A DNA stretch of 44,030 nucleotides, from assembly GCA_038208905.1 (NCBI GenBank), contig JBBQYG010000011.1:1-44030 (forward strand). The letters are read 5' to 3'. The position numbers and the translations under genes are program-made. Below are positions 16,938 through 26,400 of the stretch, piece by piece; positions within the stretch are counted from its first letter, which is position 1, and each line of letters starts with the position of its first letter. This DNA comes from Candidatus Sumerlaeia bacterium (GTDB taxonomy: Bacteria; Sumerlaeota; Sumerlaeia; SLMS01). The notes below the pieces were generated by a model. It did not search any database, was not told the DNA's origin, and saw only the letters and a list, made by a program, of their open reading frames with translations.

Positions 16938-17774
16938 GTGAGCGAAGTGAGCGAGCAACCGCAAGCGCTTCCGCCGGGGCCCGACCGCTGGCGCCGCAAC
17001 CGCGAGCATTGGCGCGGCAATCTGGACACGCGCAACCTTGATTCCGGGGGGGCACCTGTCTCCCTAGAGCGCGAGCTTGCGCTCTACCAGACTGCCGATA
17101 TCACCGCCGCGCTCAATCATCTGCGACCCGCCGGGAGGGCCGGCGCGGTGCTGGACCTAGGTGGCGGGCTTGGCCTGATGGCGATCCTTTTGGCCCGGGA
17201 GGGCGCCCGCGTGGTGATCGCCGACCTGAGCCTGCCAAGGCTGAAGGAGGCCCGCAAACTTGCACTGGCCGCGGGCGTTGGGGAACTGATCACCTTCGTG
17301 AATTGCGTCGCCGAGGAGCTTCCCTTCGCCAATCGCGCCTTTCACGGAGAGACCGCCAAGAGCGTGTTGATCCACACCGATCTCCCCCGGGCGGCGGCGG
17401 AACTCGACCGCGTACTCCGCGAGGACGGCGCCGCGTTCCTCATCGAGCCGCTCAAGGGGAACCCTTTCGCCCGCGCATACCGAAGACTGGCTGCGCCGAA
17501 GGTCTGGCAGGAGATCACGTCCTATTTCGACGACGAGAGTTGCCGCACCCTGAGCAAGCCGTTTGCGCGCTCGGGCCGGAAGCTGGGGAGCGACCGCCGC
17601 TACTTCCTCGCGTTTCTGGCGACTCCGCTCAACTACATCCTGAGGATGCCGCGTCTCTACAGGATCGCCGAGACTGCCCTGCTGGCAGTCGATGCGGCAG
17701 TGGCGAAGTTGATACCCTATGCGCGGCGCGGCATGTGGTTCGTGTATATCCGGATCGAGCCCGGCAAGCGATGA
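16938..17774 (+). CDS. Class I SAM-dependent methyltransferase
   Basis: VLDLGGGLG, ADLS, AEELPF, RVLREDG. GTG start with GGAG RBS. ATGA overlap with queG. Confidence 0.85.
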   Translation: MSEVSEQPQALPPGPDRWRRNREHWRGNLDTRNLDSGGAPVSLERELALYQTADITAALNHLRPAGRAGAVLDLGGGLGLMAILLAREGARVVIADLSLPRLKEARKLALAAGVGELITFVNCVAEELPFANRAFHGETAKSVLIHTDLPRAAAELDRVLREDGAAFLIEPLKGNPFARAYRRLAAPKVWQEITSYFDDESCRTLSKPFARSGRKLGSDRRYFLAFLATPLNYILRMPRLYRIAETALLAVDAAVAKLIPYARRGMWFVYIRIEPGKR

Positions 17775-18868
17775 TTCCGGCGGCGCCGCTCCGGGAGATT
17801 GCCGCCGCCGAGGGATTCGACTGGTTCGGCGCGGCGCGGCCGGAGCCGCTCGACGAAGAACGAGGGCGATTTGCGGCATGGCTCGCCGAGGGCCGCCACG
17901 GAGACATGGCGTGGCTGGCCGAAAAGCCCGCCCGCCGCGCCGACCCATCCGCCGTGCTGGAGTCCTGCCGTTCGGTGATCGTCCTTGGAATGAACTATCT
18001 GCGGGAAGAAGTGCCACGCGGCGCCCCTCCCCCCCAGACAGCGGGGCTTGGGCGCATCAGCCGGTATGCGCGCACGCGCGACTACCACCGGGTGATCGAG
18101 AAGGCCCTTCGCCGAATTGCCCGCGCCATCGACCGCGATCTGGCTCCCGGGTCCAGGAGCCTCGGCTATGTGGACTATGGCCCGGTCATGGAACGCCCAT
18201 GGGCGGCGCGGGCCGGGCTGGGGTTCATCGGCAAGCACACGCTCCTTATAAATCCCGCCGAGGGGAGTTTCCATTTCCTTGGCGCGATACTCACGACGGC
18301 CGAGTTCGAGCTATCCGCGGTCGAGCCTCCGACGGCGGGTTGCGGAGATTGCCGCCGGTGCCTGGATGCCTGCCCCACCGGGGCGATCACGGAGCCGTGG
18401 CGGCTGGACGCGCGGCGATGCCTCTCCTACCTGACGATCGAGAAGAAGGGCCCCATCGAGGAAGAGTTCTGGCCCCTGACAGAGGGCTTTGTCTTTGGAT
18501 GCGATATCTGCCAGGACGTATGTCCCTACAACCGGACCCGGGCACAACCCACGGCAGAGAGCCCCTTGGGCGGCGCCTTGGTGCCGGCCGAGGTTCGGCT
18601 GGCGGAGCTGATTGCCCGCCCCGCCGAGTTTCTGGCCCGGCTCGGGGAGACGTCCAGCCCCCTCAAGCGCGCCGGGGCTGAGTCGCTGGCCCGCAATGCC
18701 CTGATCGCCGCGACGACAGCCCCCACGGAGGAAACGCTTGCCGCTGCGATGGAATTATCCCACAGTAAGCTATCGCCGGACTGGCTTGTCCAGACCGCCG
18801 CCCAGTCCGCCATGCGGCAAGCGGCAAGGCTGGCAGGCATTAATGCAGACGAAAAGGATGCGGGCTGA
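17771..18868 (+). CDS. queG: tRNA epoxyqueuosine(34) reductase
   Basis: HGDMAWL, SRYA..RDYH, AGLGFIGK, CGDCRRCLDACPTGA, LDARRCLSYLTIE, FGCDICQDVCPYN. Confidence 0.93.
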   Translation: MIPAAPLREIAAAEGFDWFGAARPEPLDEERGRFAAWLAEGRHGDMAWLAEKPARRADPSAVLESCRSVIVLGMNYLREEVPRGAPPPQTAGLGRISRYARTRDYHRVIEKALRRIARAIDRDLAPGSRSLGYVDYGPVMERPWAARAGLGFIGKHTLLINPAEGSFHFLGAILTTAEFELSAVEPPTAGCGDCRRCLDACPTGAITEPWRLDARRCLSYLTIEKKGPIEEEFWPLTEGFVFGCDICQDVCPYNRTRAQPTAESPLGGALVPAEVRLAELIARPAEFLARLGETSSPLKRAGAESLARNALIAATTAPTEETLAAAMELSHSKLSPDWLVQTAAQSAMRQAARLAGINADEKDAG

Positions 18869-18923
18869 AGGTGTCGGCCCGCATGGATGATGGGTAGTCA
18901 GACCCCCCGAAGGAGCCCTAACC

Positions 18924-20060
18924 ATGAAGTGGCGCATTTTGATCGTGGACGACGAGGAAGATGTACGCCTGATCGTCAAGACGAGCCTCCAGACGAACTA
19001 CGAGGTGGTGGAGGCCCATGACGGCCTTGACGCTCTCGAAAAGATCGAGCGATTCGAGCCCGATTTCGTGGTGATGGACGTCATGATGCCGCTGATGAAC
19101 GGTTTCGAGGCATGCGCCGCCCTCCGCAAGAACGCGCGCTATGTCAACTTGCCGGTCATGTTCCTTTCGGCCCTCGGAAACAAGGAGGACATCAAGAAGG
19201 GGTACTCCGCCGGCGCGAACCTCTATCTGACCAAGCCCTTCGATCCGGCGCGCCTGCTCAAGAACATCGACCTTTTCTTCGAGAGGACGCCCCCCGAGCG
19301 GCGCAGCAAGCGCTACTCCATTGACCAGATTTCCCTGGCGGAGAAGGAGGGGCACCTTCCCAAGTCCCCCGGCTCCCACGATTGGTATCCCCCCCACGCG
19401 GAAACGCGGACCGATATCCCGCGCCCGGCGATCCAGCCCGAAAAGCCCCACGCACCCGCACACCTTCCCCGCGTCCTGGTCGTGGACGACGATCCGGAGA
19501 TGTGTACGCTGATCCGCATGACACTGGCGGACCTTTATGAAGTGGTCTTCGCCCACGATGGCATGGAGGCCATCGAGCGGCTGGTGAAGTACCAGCCCGA
19601 CATCCTGATGATCGACGTGATGCTCCCCAAGATGAACGGCTACCAGCTTTGCCAGTCCCTCCGAACAAACCGCGCCTTTATGCGGATGCCGATCGTCATG
19701 TGCTCCGCCAAGGGGACCGACCGCGACGTGGCCCTAGCCAAGCGCATCGGCGCCAATGAATACGTGGTGAAGCCATTCAGCGCAACGGAGCTGATCAACA
19801 AGGTCAACGGGATGCAGAAGCTTCCCGGCTTCCAAGTGCGTCCCAAGTCGATCGCGATCGCCAGCATCGTCGAGATCGAATCGAACAAGGCCGAGCAGGA
19901 CGTCTTTGACGCCGACGAGAGTTCCAAGGAGAAGTCGAGCGAGAAGGGCGCGCTGCGCAAGTTCCTCGCAAAGGAAGGGGGGAAGGACGCCATCGAACGC
20001 GAAGCCCCCGAAGGGGAAAAAAAGAAACGCCGCCTTTTTGGCTTCGGCTCCAAGGAGTAA
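18924..20060 (+). CDS. Response regulator with two intact receiver domains and no recognisable output domain
   Basis: IVDDE, MDVMMP, LTKPF and VVDDD, IDVMLP, VVKPF. Charged tail ending KKKRRLFGFGSKE. Confidence 0.9.
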   Translation: MKWRILIVDDEEDVRLIVKTSLQTNYEVVEAHDGLDALEKIERFEPDFVVMDVMMPLMNGFEACAALRKNARYVNLPVMFLSALGNKEDIKKGYSAGANLYLTKPFDPARLLKNIDLFFERTPPERRSKRYSIDQISLAEKEGHLPKSPGSHDWYPPHAETRTDIPRPAIQPEKPHAPAHLPRVLVVDDDPEMCTLIRMTLADLYEVVFAHDGMEAIERLVKYQPDILMIDVMLPKMNGYQLCQSLRTNRAFMRMPIVMCSAKGTDRDVALAKRIGANEYVVKPFSATELINKVNGMQKLPGFQVRPKSIAIASIVEIESNKAEQDVFDADESSKEKSSEKGALRKFLAKEGGKDAIEREAPEGEKKKRRLFGFGSKE

Positions 20061-20063
20061 CCC

Positions 20064-20855
20064 ATGTTGCGCGCGGGGGCTAAATTCGCGCGCGCCGCGG
20101 CCCAGATCCTTCTGCCGCCCGCCTGCGTGGCTTGCCACCGCGCGCTGGGGCCCGCGCGGCTTCGCGTAGATGTGCCGTTGACGTGCCTATGCGAAGAGTG
20201 CGGCGAATTGCTGAGGCCCATCGATCTCGAAAAGGGGTGCCCCCGGTGCTGTGGCTACGCGGCACCCGGCTCGACGCCGGGAAAATGTCCTGATTGCGAG
20301 CCTCTGGGCGACTGGTTCGCCGAGGCCCGCTCCGCGTTCCCCTACCAGTCGCCCGCGGGCGAAATCGTGCGAAATCTCAAGTACCGGCGGTCGCCCTTTT
20401 TGGCGGACTGGCTGGTGCGGCTGAGCCTTCCCGCCGTTGGCGACTGGCTCGCGCAGCGGGGACGGGACTGCCAGCTTGTCCCGGTTCCGATGGCGCGGCT
20501 CCGGTGGTTATCACGCGGATACAACCAGGCGGAGGAAATTGCCCGGGCCATGACCGAGGCGCTCCCCATGCGAATCGCCCATTCGACGGTCCTCCAGCGC
20601 ATTCGCCGCCGAAAACCACAGGCGCGCTTTGCCAGCCGGGCGGAACGCCTGGCCAATCTCGCCGATGTTTACCGCGTTCCCCAACCCGAGAACATCCACG
20701 GGCGAGAGTTCCTGCTTGTGGATGACGTGATGACGACCGGTGCCACGATGGCCGCGGCGGCGCGGGCACTGAGGGAGGCGGGGGCGGCGCAGGTCTTCGC
20801 CTTCGCGCCGGTGCGGGCTCATCTGGCCGATGATTCCGTTGGAGACGAGTGCTAG
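20064..20855 (+). CDS. comF: ComF-family protein (zinc ribbon plus phosphoribosyltransferase-like domain)
   Basis: Four CxxC pairs, LVPVP, RGYNQAE, ERLANL, LLVDDVMTTGAT. Confidence 0.9.
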   Translation: MLRAGAKFARAAAQILLPPACVACHRALGPARLRVDVPLTCLCEECGELLRPIDLEKGCPRCCGYAAPGSTPGKCPDCEPLGDWFAEARSAFPYQSPAGEIVRNLKYRRSPFLADWLVRLSLPAVGDWLAQRGRDCQLVPVPMARLRWLSRGYNQAEEIARAMTEALPMRIAHSTVLQRIRRRKPQARFASRAERLANLADVYRVPQPENIHGREFLLVDDVMTTGATMAAAARALREAGAAQVFAFAPVRAHLADDSVGDEC

Positions 20856-20946
20856 GCCACCCCGATTGACACACCCGGGACCCTCGATCAGAAATGCGGA
20901 GTCCGCCACGCGGACACCCACTTCATCCGGTAGCCAATCGACCTCC

Positions 20947-21888
20947 ATGCTCAAGTCCCTCTTCAAGAAGAAGCCCCGCGCCAAAAACTGGAGCCAAAAT
21001 CCCGTGGACCTGCCGTGGACGGACCAGCCGGACGCCGTCGAAAAGCTGGACTCGATGCTGCGCGCGGGGAAGCTGGACCCATCGACCGGCGAACTCGTCC
21101 GCAAGTGGATCGACGACGGCTACTGCGTGGCAAAGGGGCACACGGACCTCTCGGTGATTGACGCGATCAACCAGGAGCTCGATAACGCATGGACGACAGA
21201 CAAGCCGATCGAGAACCTGACCTTCAACGACGTCTATATGAAGGAGGGCGAGCCCCCGGTCCACATCGTCCCCCACCGCGATATTGTGGCGCTCCCACCG
21301 GCGGAGCGCATGGAAGTGAGGGCGCGCGGGAAGTTCCGCGTCCACGGCTATCACATGCAGTCGCCCATGGCCGAGAAGCTCTTCCGCAACAAGAAGCTGC
21401 AAGAGCTGGTTTCCCTCCTGCTAGGCGTGGACACACCGCCACTCTACTCGATTTCCTTCACCTGGGGCAGCCGCCACGGCATCCATCAGGACCTGATGGT
21501 CTTCCACGTGCACCCCGCCAATTACCTGATCGGCGCGTGGATCGCAATGGAGGACATCGACAGCGAATGCGGCCCGGTGGTGTACTATCCCGGCTCTCAC
21601 CGCGAGGCCATCTATCGCGAATACAACAATTACCCGCAGACCAACCTGCGCACGAGCGACGACGCCTTGCGCAAGCGCTACGAGGCTGACCTCGCCCGCA
21701 TCGGCGAGAAGTACGAGCGGCATCAGTTCACCGCCAAGAAGGGGGATGTGCTCCTATGGCACGCGATGTTGCTCCACGGCGGCGACGACATCGTGGACAC
21801 CACCAAGACGCGGCGGTCGTTTGTGATCCACTACGTTCCCACCGAATTCAACAAGGCGGAGGAAGTGGTCGGCCCGTTCATGTGGTAG
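20947..21888 (+). CDS. Phytanoyl-CoA dioxygenase (PhyH) family Fe(II)/2-oxoglutarate oxygenase
   Basis: HQD facial-triad motif, GAWIAMED, GPVVYYPGSH, GDVLLWHAMLLHGG, TRRSFVIHY. Start moved to 20947. Confidence 0.9.
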   Translation: MLKSLFKKKPRAKNWSQNPVDLPWTDQPDAVEKLDSMLRAGKLDPSTGELVRKWIDDGYCVAKGHTDLSVIDAINQELDNAWTTDKPIENLTFNDVYMKEGEPPVHIVPHRDIVALPPAERMEVRARGKFRVHGYHMQSPMAEKLFRNKKLQELVSLLLGVDTPPLYSISFTWGSRHGIHQDLMVFHVHPANYLIGAWIAMEDIDSECGPVVYYPGSHREAIYREYNNYPQTNLRTSDDALRKRYEADLARIGEKYERHQFTAKKGDVLLWHAMLLHGGDDIVDTTKTRRSFVIHYVPTEFNKAEEVVGPFMW

Positions 21889-22011
21889 GGCAAGTTAGCT
21901 GCTATTGGAAACCAGCGTTGACCTTGACGTCCGCCAGTTGCGGTGGCCTTCTCGGTTGGAAGTGCCATGCAAATCAAGGAATCCCCGAGGGGATGAGCGA
22001 GGCAGGGAGCC

Positions 22012-23496
22012 GTGGTTGAGGGGTTGAAAATTTGGTGTTTTTTGCTTCTGCTCTTCGCGATTTCGGTCCCTACGACGACACGCGCGCAGTCCGGGGGGCA
22101 ATCCGCCCAGTTGGTCGCTCTCCTACTCGATACGACATCGAGTCCCGCGACCTTCGCCGTCGATCTAAATGGCGACCGGAGAATAGACGCGGGCGACCTT
22201 TGGAAGGCCGTCGTCGATCCAAGGACCCCCACCCCCACACCGGGCAGAACCGCATTCCCGACCGCGTCCATTTCGGCCACGGCGACCGCATCCGCCACCG
22301 AAACGGAATCCCCCACGCCGACGCCTAGCGCGACGGCGACGGTCACGGAGTCGGCGACCTCCACGCCCACGGTATCGTCCACCGAGTCGCCAACCCCGAG
22401 CGCGACAGGCACGATCTCCGCGGCCACGACAATCCCCACGACGTCCGTGGCGACGACGACATCGGTTTCTCCGAGCGTCAGTTCCTCCGCGTCGCCCTCG
22501 CCGACCAGCGCACCCTCGCCATCCGCAACCCGCACATCCACGCCGACGGCAACCGCAGTGGCGACGGCAACCACGGCCCCGCCTACCACCGTCGCCGCGA
22601 CACCGACATCGAGCGCCAGCGTCTCGCCGACGGCGACGGGGACGGCGACCAGCATTGCGACCACAGCGCCTCCCACCACGTCGGTTGCTACTACAACGGC
22701 GCCAACCACAACGATCCCGACGACGACCATCCCGACAACGGCAATTCCGACGACGACGGTTGTCACAACGACCGCTCCCTCGCCGTCGGCAACGGCATCA
22801 ACAGTGCCGCCCACCACGGTTCCGCCCACGGCGACAGCGAGCATCTCGCCATCGCCCACCGAGAGCCCAACCCCGAGCCCCACCGATTCTCCGACTCCGT
22901 CGATTAGCCCAACGGAGTCTGCCACGCCGACTCCGACCCCGTCGCCTTCCTTCTCGCCGACGCCAAGCGCCACTCCAAGCATATCTCCCACTCCGAGCAT
23001 TTCGCCCACCCCCAGCATCAGCCCCACGCCCTCCCCCACACCGCTGCCGGTGGCCTACGTGACGACCCGTGTGATCTCCGGCGATCCAACAGTTCCCGGT
23101 TCGAACTTCAGGGTGAGGGTGGGCGTCGAGGCCAACTACAGCGGCCTGATTCCCGGGTCATTCTACCTGCAGATTCTGTACGATCCGAATGCCGTGCAGT
23201 ATGTCTCCTCCGGCGGAGGCGAACTCGGGGTATTCATCGAGGCCGATGGCCCCGACCAGCCGCCCTACAAGGTGAGGCGATTTCTGGCCTTCGGACCCAC
23301 CAGGCCCAACCAGAATCCCACGCCGCTTTGCTTCACGGCCAATTTCCGCGTTGTGGCAGACCCCCTCCTTCCGCATTCGATCCTAGTGGAGAAGGACGGC
23401 GAAAATCCGCAGGCGATGATTTCCAACGACTTCAGGGACGATGTTCCCGTGACCTATGACACGCGGCTGACGACGGACCTCGCGCCTGCGCCATGA
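22012..23496 (+). CDS. Secreted protein: dockerin-like Ca-loop, long Ser/Thr/Pro linker, cohesin-like C-terminal domain
   Basis: Signal peptide. [12 protein letters not shown] loop. About 270 aa almost entirely T/S/P/A. C-terminal [11 protein letters not shown]...[17 protein letters not shown] pattern. Confidence 0.8.
   Translation: MVEGLKIWCFLLLLFAISVPTTTRAQSGGQSAQLVALLLDTTSSPATFAVDLNGDRRIDAGDLWKAVVDPRTPTPTPGRTAFPTASISATATASATETESPTPTPSATATVTESATSTPTVSSTESPTPSATGTISAATTIPTTSVATTTSVSPSVSSSASPSPTSAPSPSATRTSTPTATAVATATTAPPTTVAATPTSSASVSPTATGTATSIATTAPPTTSVATTTAPTTTIPTTTIPTTAIPTTTVVTTTAPSPSATASTVPPTTVPPTATASISPSPTESPTPSPTDSPTPSISPTESATPTPTPSPSFSPTPSATPSISPTPSISPTPSISPTPSPTPLPVAYVTTRVISGDPTVPGSNFRVRVGVEANYSGLIPGSFYLQILYDPNAVQYVSSGGGELGVFIEADGPDQPPYKVRRFLAFGPTRPNQNPTPLCFTANFRVVADPLLPHSILVEKDGENPQAMISNDFRDDVPVTYDTRLTTDLAPAP
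22225..23046 (+). repeat. Low-complexity Thr/Ser/Pro coding repeats (TPSISP x3 at 22972-23025; TTIPT and TTAPPTT units)
   Basis: Repeats are visible at protein level and use diverged synonymous codons. Confidence 0.85.
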
Positions 23497-23574
23497 CGGG
23501 GCCATGATCGGGGTTGCTCCCGCGCGGGAGGGCGCCGCCTTCTCTCGCAACTTCCACGCGGGGAATCCAGCCGC

Positions 23575-24693
23575 ATGACGTATGACTATGTGATCGTGGG
23601 CGCCGGATTTTTCGGCGCCGTGTTTGCCCAGCAGGCCCGCGAGAATGGCAAGTCGGCCATCGTGCTGGACGCGCGCGCCCACATCGGCGGCAACTGCTAC
23701 TCCCGCGACTGGGAAGGCACCAACATCAACGTCCACGAGTACGGGACGCATATCTTCCACACCAACAACGACGAGCTCTGGGCCTACATAAACAGGTTCA
23801 CCGAGTTCAACCGCTACCAGCACCGCGTACTGACAACGCACCGAGGCCGGGTATTCTCGATGCCGATCAACCTGGGCACGATCAACCAGTTCTATGGCGT
23901 GAACTTGAGTCCGGGTGAAGTGGAGGCTTTTCTCGAATCGAAGAAGGGCCGCATCGCCAACCCGTCGAATCTGGAGGAGAAGGCGATATCCCTCGTGGGC
24001 GAAGAACTCTACGAGGCCTTCATCAAGGGCTACACCACCAAGCAGTGGGGCTGCGACCCGCGCGAGCTTCCCGCCAACATCATCACGCGCCTCCCCGTGC
24101 GGCACTCGTTCCACGATTCCTATTTCGACGACAAGTACCAGGGGATTCCCAAGGGTGGCTATACGCCGATCTTCGACCGGATGCTGGAAGGCATTCCCGT
24201 GGAACTCGGAGTAGATTTCTTCTCCGATCCCGACCACTGGCGCGCGAAGGGGAAGAACTTTGTCTATACAGGCGCCATCGACCGCTACTTTGGCTACGAG
24301 CACGGACGCCTCAACTGGCGTTCGGTGCGCTTCGAGACGGAGGTGCTGGACGAGGAGGATTACCAGGGCACTTCGGTGATGAACTACGCCGATACGGATG
24401 TCAGCTTCACCCGCATTCACGAACCCAAGCATCTCCACCTCGAGAAATCCCACACCCCCGGCAAAACCGTCGTGATCCGCGAGTGGTCGCACATCGACAA
24501 CGACAAGCCCTACTACCCCGTCAACTTCGCCGCCGACCGCGAGGTGCTGGCGAAGTACCAGGCCATGGCGGCGCAGGAAAAGAACGTTATCTTCGGCGGG
24601 CGACTGGCGGAGTACAAATACTACGACATGCATCAGGTAATCGGGAGCGCGTTGCAGAAGGCGCGGAAGGCGATGGGCGGCGCTACTTCCTAA
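23575..24693 (+). CDS. glf: UDP-galactopyranose mutase
   Basis: IVGAGFFG, HIGGNCY, HEYGTHIFHT, GYTTKQWG, YFDDKYQGIP, FTRIHEPKH, PYYPVN, GRLAEYKYYDMHQ. Confidence 0.97.
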   Translation: MTYDYVIVGAGFFGAVFAQQARENGKSAIVLDARAHIGGNCYSRDWEGTNINVHEYGTHIFHTNNDELWAYINRFTEFNRYQHRVLTTHRGRVFSMPINLGTINQFYGVNLSPGEVEAFLESKKGRIANPSNLEEKAISLVGEELYEAFIKGYTTKQWGCDPRELPANIITRLPVRHSFHDSYFDDKYQGIPKGGYTPIFDRMLEGIPVELGVDFFSDPDHWRAKGKNFVYTGAIDRYFGYEHGRLNWRSVRFETEVLDEEDYQGTSVMNYADTDVSFTRIHEPKHLHLEKSHTPGKTVVIREWSHIDNDKPYYPVNFAADREVLAKYQAMAAQEKNVIFGGRLAEYKYYDMHQVIGSALQKARKAMGGATS

Positions 24694-26230
24694 CCGCCCA
24701 CTCTGGCAATCCACTCATCTCAATTCCCAGTATCATTGGACCCAGGAACCAGATCGCCAGCGTCGTCAGGATGATCGCCACGATGTTGACGACCAGACCC
24801 GCGCGGGCCATTTGGCTGATGGTAAGGCGCTCCGTCGCAAAGACGATCGCGTTGGGCGGCGTGGCGACGGGGAGCATGAAAGCATAGCTGGCGGCCATGG
24901 CGCAGGGCACCATCAGAAGCAAGGGATCGATGCCGAGCGCGATGGCATTTGCGGCCACAACTGGCAGCATCACCGTTGCCGTCGCCGTGTTCGAGGTGAT
25001 CTCTGTGAGGAAGGTGATGACCGTGGCCACCAGCAATACGATGATGATCGGATGCAGCCCGGCGAGAAACTGAAACCGCTCGCCGATCCAGCCGGATAGG
25101 CCAGTTTTCTCGATCCCCGCGGCAAGAGCGAATCCGCCGCCAAAGAGCAAAACGATCGTCCACGGGAGTTCCTGCAAGGCGCGCCCCGTCAGGAGGGTGC
25201 GCGACTTCTGGCCCGCGCGGGCGGGAATAACAAAGAGCAATAGCGCCACCGCAATCGCCACCGTGCCGTCGCGGACTGCCTTGGTGTCGGGAAAGAACTC
25301 GCTCCAGCCGGGGATGGTGAGTCCGCCGACCTTGAGCGTCGCTCGGGAGAGCCAGAGCGCGGCGAGCAGGACAAAGAGCCCGAGTACCCACTTCTCCTCC
25401 CGCGACATCTTGCCGAGCGCGCGATGTTGGGAACGGAATATCTCGGGATCGAGCGACTTCGCATCGGCACGGTCGGGAAACATCCAGCGCAGCAGCAGCC
25501 AGACTACCCCAAGAAGAAGCGCGCACACGGGGAGGGCGAAGAGCATCCACGGCGCGAAGCCGATCTCTGGCGCGTCGGGGAAGGTCTGGTCGTGTACGCG
25601 GACCAGCACCAGATTCGGCGGCGTGCCGACCAACGTCGCGATGCCACCAATGCTGGCGGCGTAGGCGATGCCAAGTAGCAGCGATGCCTCGAATCCCGCG
25701 CAGGCTTCGCGACCGGATCGCTCCTCCAGACTCCCGAGCACGGCCACCGCAATGGGAAGCATCATCATCGCGGTGGCCGTGTTGGATATCCACATCGAGA
25801 GCCCCGCCGTTGCCACCATGAACCCAAGGAGGATGTGGCTGGGTTTGACGCCAAAGCCTTTCAGCGTGACGAGCGCGATTCGCCGGTGGAGGTCCCAGTG
25901 CTCCATCGCGATCGCCAGCAGGAAACCGCCGATGAACAGGAAGATCGTGTCGTTGATGAAGAACGGCGCCACGTCATCGGCGTTCATGATGCCGCATAGG
26001 GGAAACAGGACCACCGGCAGCAGCGACGTTGCCGCCAACGGAATCGCGTCGGTAATCCACCATACCGCCATCAGCACGGCCACCGCTGCCATGCGTGTCA
26101 TCGCGGGATTTGCCGGGCTCAGGTCGGCAAACAGCATCAACGCAATTGCCAGGACCGGCCCCAGCACCAGGCCAACGAACTGCCACATCCGGAATCCGCC
26201 GTGTGCGGCGGCCTGTTGAGAGTCCGACAT
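24683..26230 (-). CDS. SLC13/DASS-family di/tricarboxylate or sulfate:sodium symporter
   Basis: WWITDAIPL, LSMWISNTATA, GTPPN, FGGGFALA, TEITSNTATA, MLPVATPPNA. Start moved to 26230. Confidence 0.93.
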   Translation of the reverse strand: MSDSQQAAAHGGFRMWQFVGLVLGPVLAIALMLFADLSPANPAMTRMAAVAVLMAVWWITDAIPLAATSLLPVVLFPLCGIMNADDVAPFFINDTIFLFIGGFLLAIAMEHWDLHRRIALVTLKGFGVKPSHILLGFMVATAGLSMWISNTATAMMMLPIAVAVLGSLEERSGREACAGFEASLLLGIAYAASIGGIATLVGTPPNLVLVRVHDQTFPDAPEIGFAPWMLFALPVCALLLGVVWLLLRWMFPDRADAKSLDPEIFRSQHRALGKMSREEKWVLGLFVLLAALWLSRATLKVGGLTIPGWSEFFPDTKAVRDGTVAIAVALLLFVIPARAGQKSRTLLTGRALQELPWTIVLLFGGGFALAAGIEKTGLSGWIGERFQFLAGLHPIIIVLLVATVITFLTEITSNTATATVMLPVVAANAIALGIDPLLLMVPCAMAASYAFMLPVATPPNAIVFATERLTISQMARAGLVVNIVAIILTTLAIWFLGPMILGIEMSGLPEWAVRK

Positions 26231-26400
26231 GCGTGGATTGCCTAGTCGGGAGATAGGATATCGCGAGGCGTGAGGGGACCAAAGCCCACCCTGCGAGGCA
26301 AGCCCCACGATGGGCCGGTCCATTCCTGAATAGCGAATTGTTGGGGGGGCGGCGGGCGCTTTCCCTTTTCCTTCAGGGTGGCGCGCGACAGCCTCGCGCC

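Noticed and set aside
21831-23039. Val/Gly-rich 402-aa minus-strand ORF resembling a membrane or repeat protein
   Set aside because: It is the antisense reading of the Thr/Pro/Ser repeat codons of the + strand gene.
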